Shown here piece after piece: positions 61,901 through 64,000 of a DNA stretch of 64,000 nt; position 1 is the first letter of the stretch, and each line of letters starts with the position of its first letter. The DNA is taken from NCBI RefSeq assembly GCF_964204865.1, contig NC_135250.1:8618001-8682000 (forward strand). The letters run 5' to 3'. The notes beneath the pieces are model-generated. The model did no database searches. It was given only the letters and a program-made list of their open reading frames with translations, and had not been told where the DNA came from. The stretch comes from Styela clava (taxonomy: Eukaryota). Position numbers and translations under genes: made by a program.

Positions 61901-63523
61901 AATACTGTATATTATGTGGTTAATTAGACATTCTTCACAACTCAACGTTTTTTTTCAACACATTACGATATGACATACATGTTTTTGCACTGTACCATTG
62001 TTGAAAGATTGTACCTATTGCTTAGATAAATATTCTCACATTGTTTCAAAGTTTTGTGCCCCTAGAAATCCTAATAATCATTTGCTCATCTTTTGTTTTT
62101 TTTTCCTCAGGTATAATTTTTGCACTGGATTGTATCCTTATGAAGGCAACAACATTTATCAATTGTTTGAAAATATAAGTAAAGGATCGTACACAATACC
62201 TGATGAATGCGATGAACATCTTCAAACAGTATTGCATGGGATGTTAGAATACGATGCTTATAAAAGATTCGATGTCAATGATATTATGGCAACAGAGTAC
62301 GTTTATATTCAACTAGTTAGCAAGGGTGGTTATTAGTTTAGGTTATCAGAAATACAGTTAGGATCGGATTTTTCATATTTAACCTGGGGGAGAGGAAAGT
62401 CGATAAGATGGCTTAATCAGTCGACCTGTCATTATTAATTAATGTCCTTAATGTATTGTATTATTATATCATTTAGGATAACAAATTTTGTTTATTCTTA
62501 CGCTGGCTTATTTATAATTCTATAGCTGAAAATGATATAACAAATGTATGAACATTGGCCATTTTCTTTGCCCAAAATTCGTTTGTGTATTACTAATATT
62601 GCCAAGTTAATTGCTTTACGTAATTTCAACTTTCACCATTCATTTAGTTTTTAACTTGTAACAATTCAATTCCATTTTGACATTGATCAAAAGAATCATT
62701 AAAAATATCACTCCTATTTACTATTTTTCATTAGATGGTTTCGAAGGAAACATCCTCGATTAAAACCTGCGATTCCGGTTCCCGCTCATGCTGAAAGTCA
62801 AGATCCACACCGAGGAATGACTGTTATACCTTATATTGAGGTCTGAATCACATTTATGATTTTTACCATAAATTTAGTTTGGCATCGTTCCTATTAAATC
62901 TTACAGAATAAAATTTGGAAAATGACAAGATTTTGCCCTGAAATAAATTGAAAGATTTAGACTATTGAGAACCAAATATATTATCGAGGGTTTGACACAA
63001 AAGGGCGAATTCTTGAATTTAAAAAAAAAACCAAAATTGCAATTTAGGCTGGTATCTAATCATAGTTTGGAGCAACATTTCCGAAAGTATTTCAATAAAA
63101 AGTACATTTTCAAAAGTACAATAATAACATACATTTTCCCCATTTTATCGAAACAGTCTTTTCAAGTTTCGTTCTTTTTGGTTGAAGCCTTCCTTATTTA
63201 AAATTAAACGTAATAGCATACCAAAGTTTTTAAAAACCAAGCTATTTCAGTTTTTATACCCATTCTGTATAAATTTGTGGCTGCTTGTCCAGAGCCCTGT
63301 GTAGAGAAATCATGACAAAACACCCATTAACTGTAATGTACTAAATTTGTTTTTGATTTTATATAAATAATTGGTTTTCTTTATATACAGGATCTCCATG
63401 GTTACTTGAATGACAATGGATCCAATTGCTCCATGCAGGAGTCTGAAGATATTTTTCAAACTGATCTTGATCTTCGTCATCTCAGTAATCAACTGTTACT
63501 GAATGATGATCAGTTTTTAGAAG
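52969..63523 (+). CDS. STK11: Serine/threonine kinase STK11/LKB1, 3'-incomplete (continues past the window)
   Basis: Exons 52969-53123, 55761-55964, 57174-57347, 60221-60353, 60996-61132, 62111-62296, 62735-62840, 63391-63523, all phase-consistent. Motifs: [48 protein letters not shown], the LKB1-diagnostic DLG (ISDLGVAE), [25 protein letters not shown]. Confidence 0.95.
55424..55647. mobile_element. Degenerate hAT/Charlie-like MITE
   Basis: Ends tagggttcttaaac / tttagaaaccct, internal ggcccc/gggccc. No TSD retained. Confidence 0.35.
59900..59981. mobile_element. Merlin-like MITE, one-ended fragment
   Basis: ggcctaaccctaacctggtacacatactacgggagtacc closely matches the reverse complement of the left end of 36245-36378. 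Confidence 0.65.
62359..62419 (-). mobile_element. tRNA-SINE, 3'-end fragment
   Basis: taggatcggatt..catattt..ggggagaggaaagtcgataagatggcttaatca matches the SINE 3' end. Confidence 0.7.
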
Positions 63524-63586
63524 GTAAAAAAACTATATACTAATGCTGTACTGCAATCTGCAAGGTAGACCTGGTTTAGGGTCCAG

Positions 63587-64000
63587 CAGGGGTGGCCAAA
63601 CTGAATAATATAGTATTCTGAATATGTTCTAAAATGGTATTTTTTGAATATGAAACATTGAATGTATCTCGAATTTGGTCATTTTCAAACAATGATACAT
63701 TAAAGACGATGTAGATTCAATGAGAGAAATTTGTGATGAAAATTATTTGATTTATTTCCCGATTCTTTTACAGTTTCCATAAATTGGAGGTTTTTTGATC
63801 GCACTGCTGAAAATAAAAAATGTGTAAAATGAAACTATTCTAAATATTTCCTAAGTTTTCTTTTATAAAATGACTTTTATAGTTTTGAATATATATGAAC
63901 AGAACTATAACACTATAATAAGCAATTTTGATTAGCTAATAATCATTAGCCGGTCGAGAAAGTGTGCGTTTAAGGATGCCGATATGAAAATTCTGGAAAG
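63587..64000. mobile_element. Probable hAT/Charlie-type element, left end only (runs off the window)
   Basis: caggggtggccaaact is a typical Charlie-type TIR. The partner end is not visible. Confidence 0.35.

Overview
AT-rich eukaryotic (metazoan) genomic DNA with spliceosomal introns. It is most likely an invertebrate chordate such as an ascidian; this is inference from gene content, compact introns and repeat style. Five protein-coding genes are supported. On the minus strand: an intronless KATNIP/KIAA0556 (1133-4486) and an intronless, partial ODF3/CIMAP1-like SHIPPO-repeat gene (8953-9618). On the plus strand: a ~26-exon Cordon-bleu (COBL/COBLL1)-like gene (11832-41196, ~1307 aa by my phase-consistent assembly, no visible WH2 domain), an intronless ILRUN/C6orf106 (46259-47077), and STK11/LKB1 (52969 to beyond the window end). 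Introns and intergenic DNA hold a tRNA-derived SINE family, several hAT-type MITEs with 8-bp TSDs, Merlin-like GG-ended MITEs with 8-bp TSDs, a DINE-1/HINE-like Helentron derivative and LINE-like 3' tails. The most notable observations are: a Cobl lacking WH2 but carrying Ena/VASP ligands; precise loss of the U12 intron position in LKB1; a splice acceptor within 40 nt of the ATG in all five genes (possible SL trans-splicing); a uORF whose stop overlaps the KATNIP start; and several candidate microexons or cassette exons in Cobl. No prokaryotic-type system (CRISPR etc.) is present. All exon calls were made by eye.
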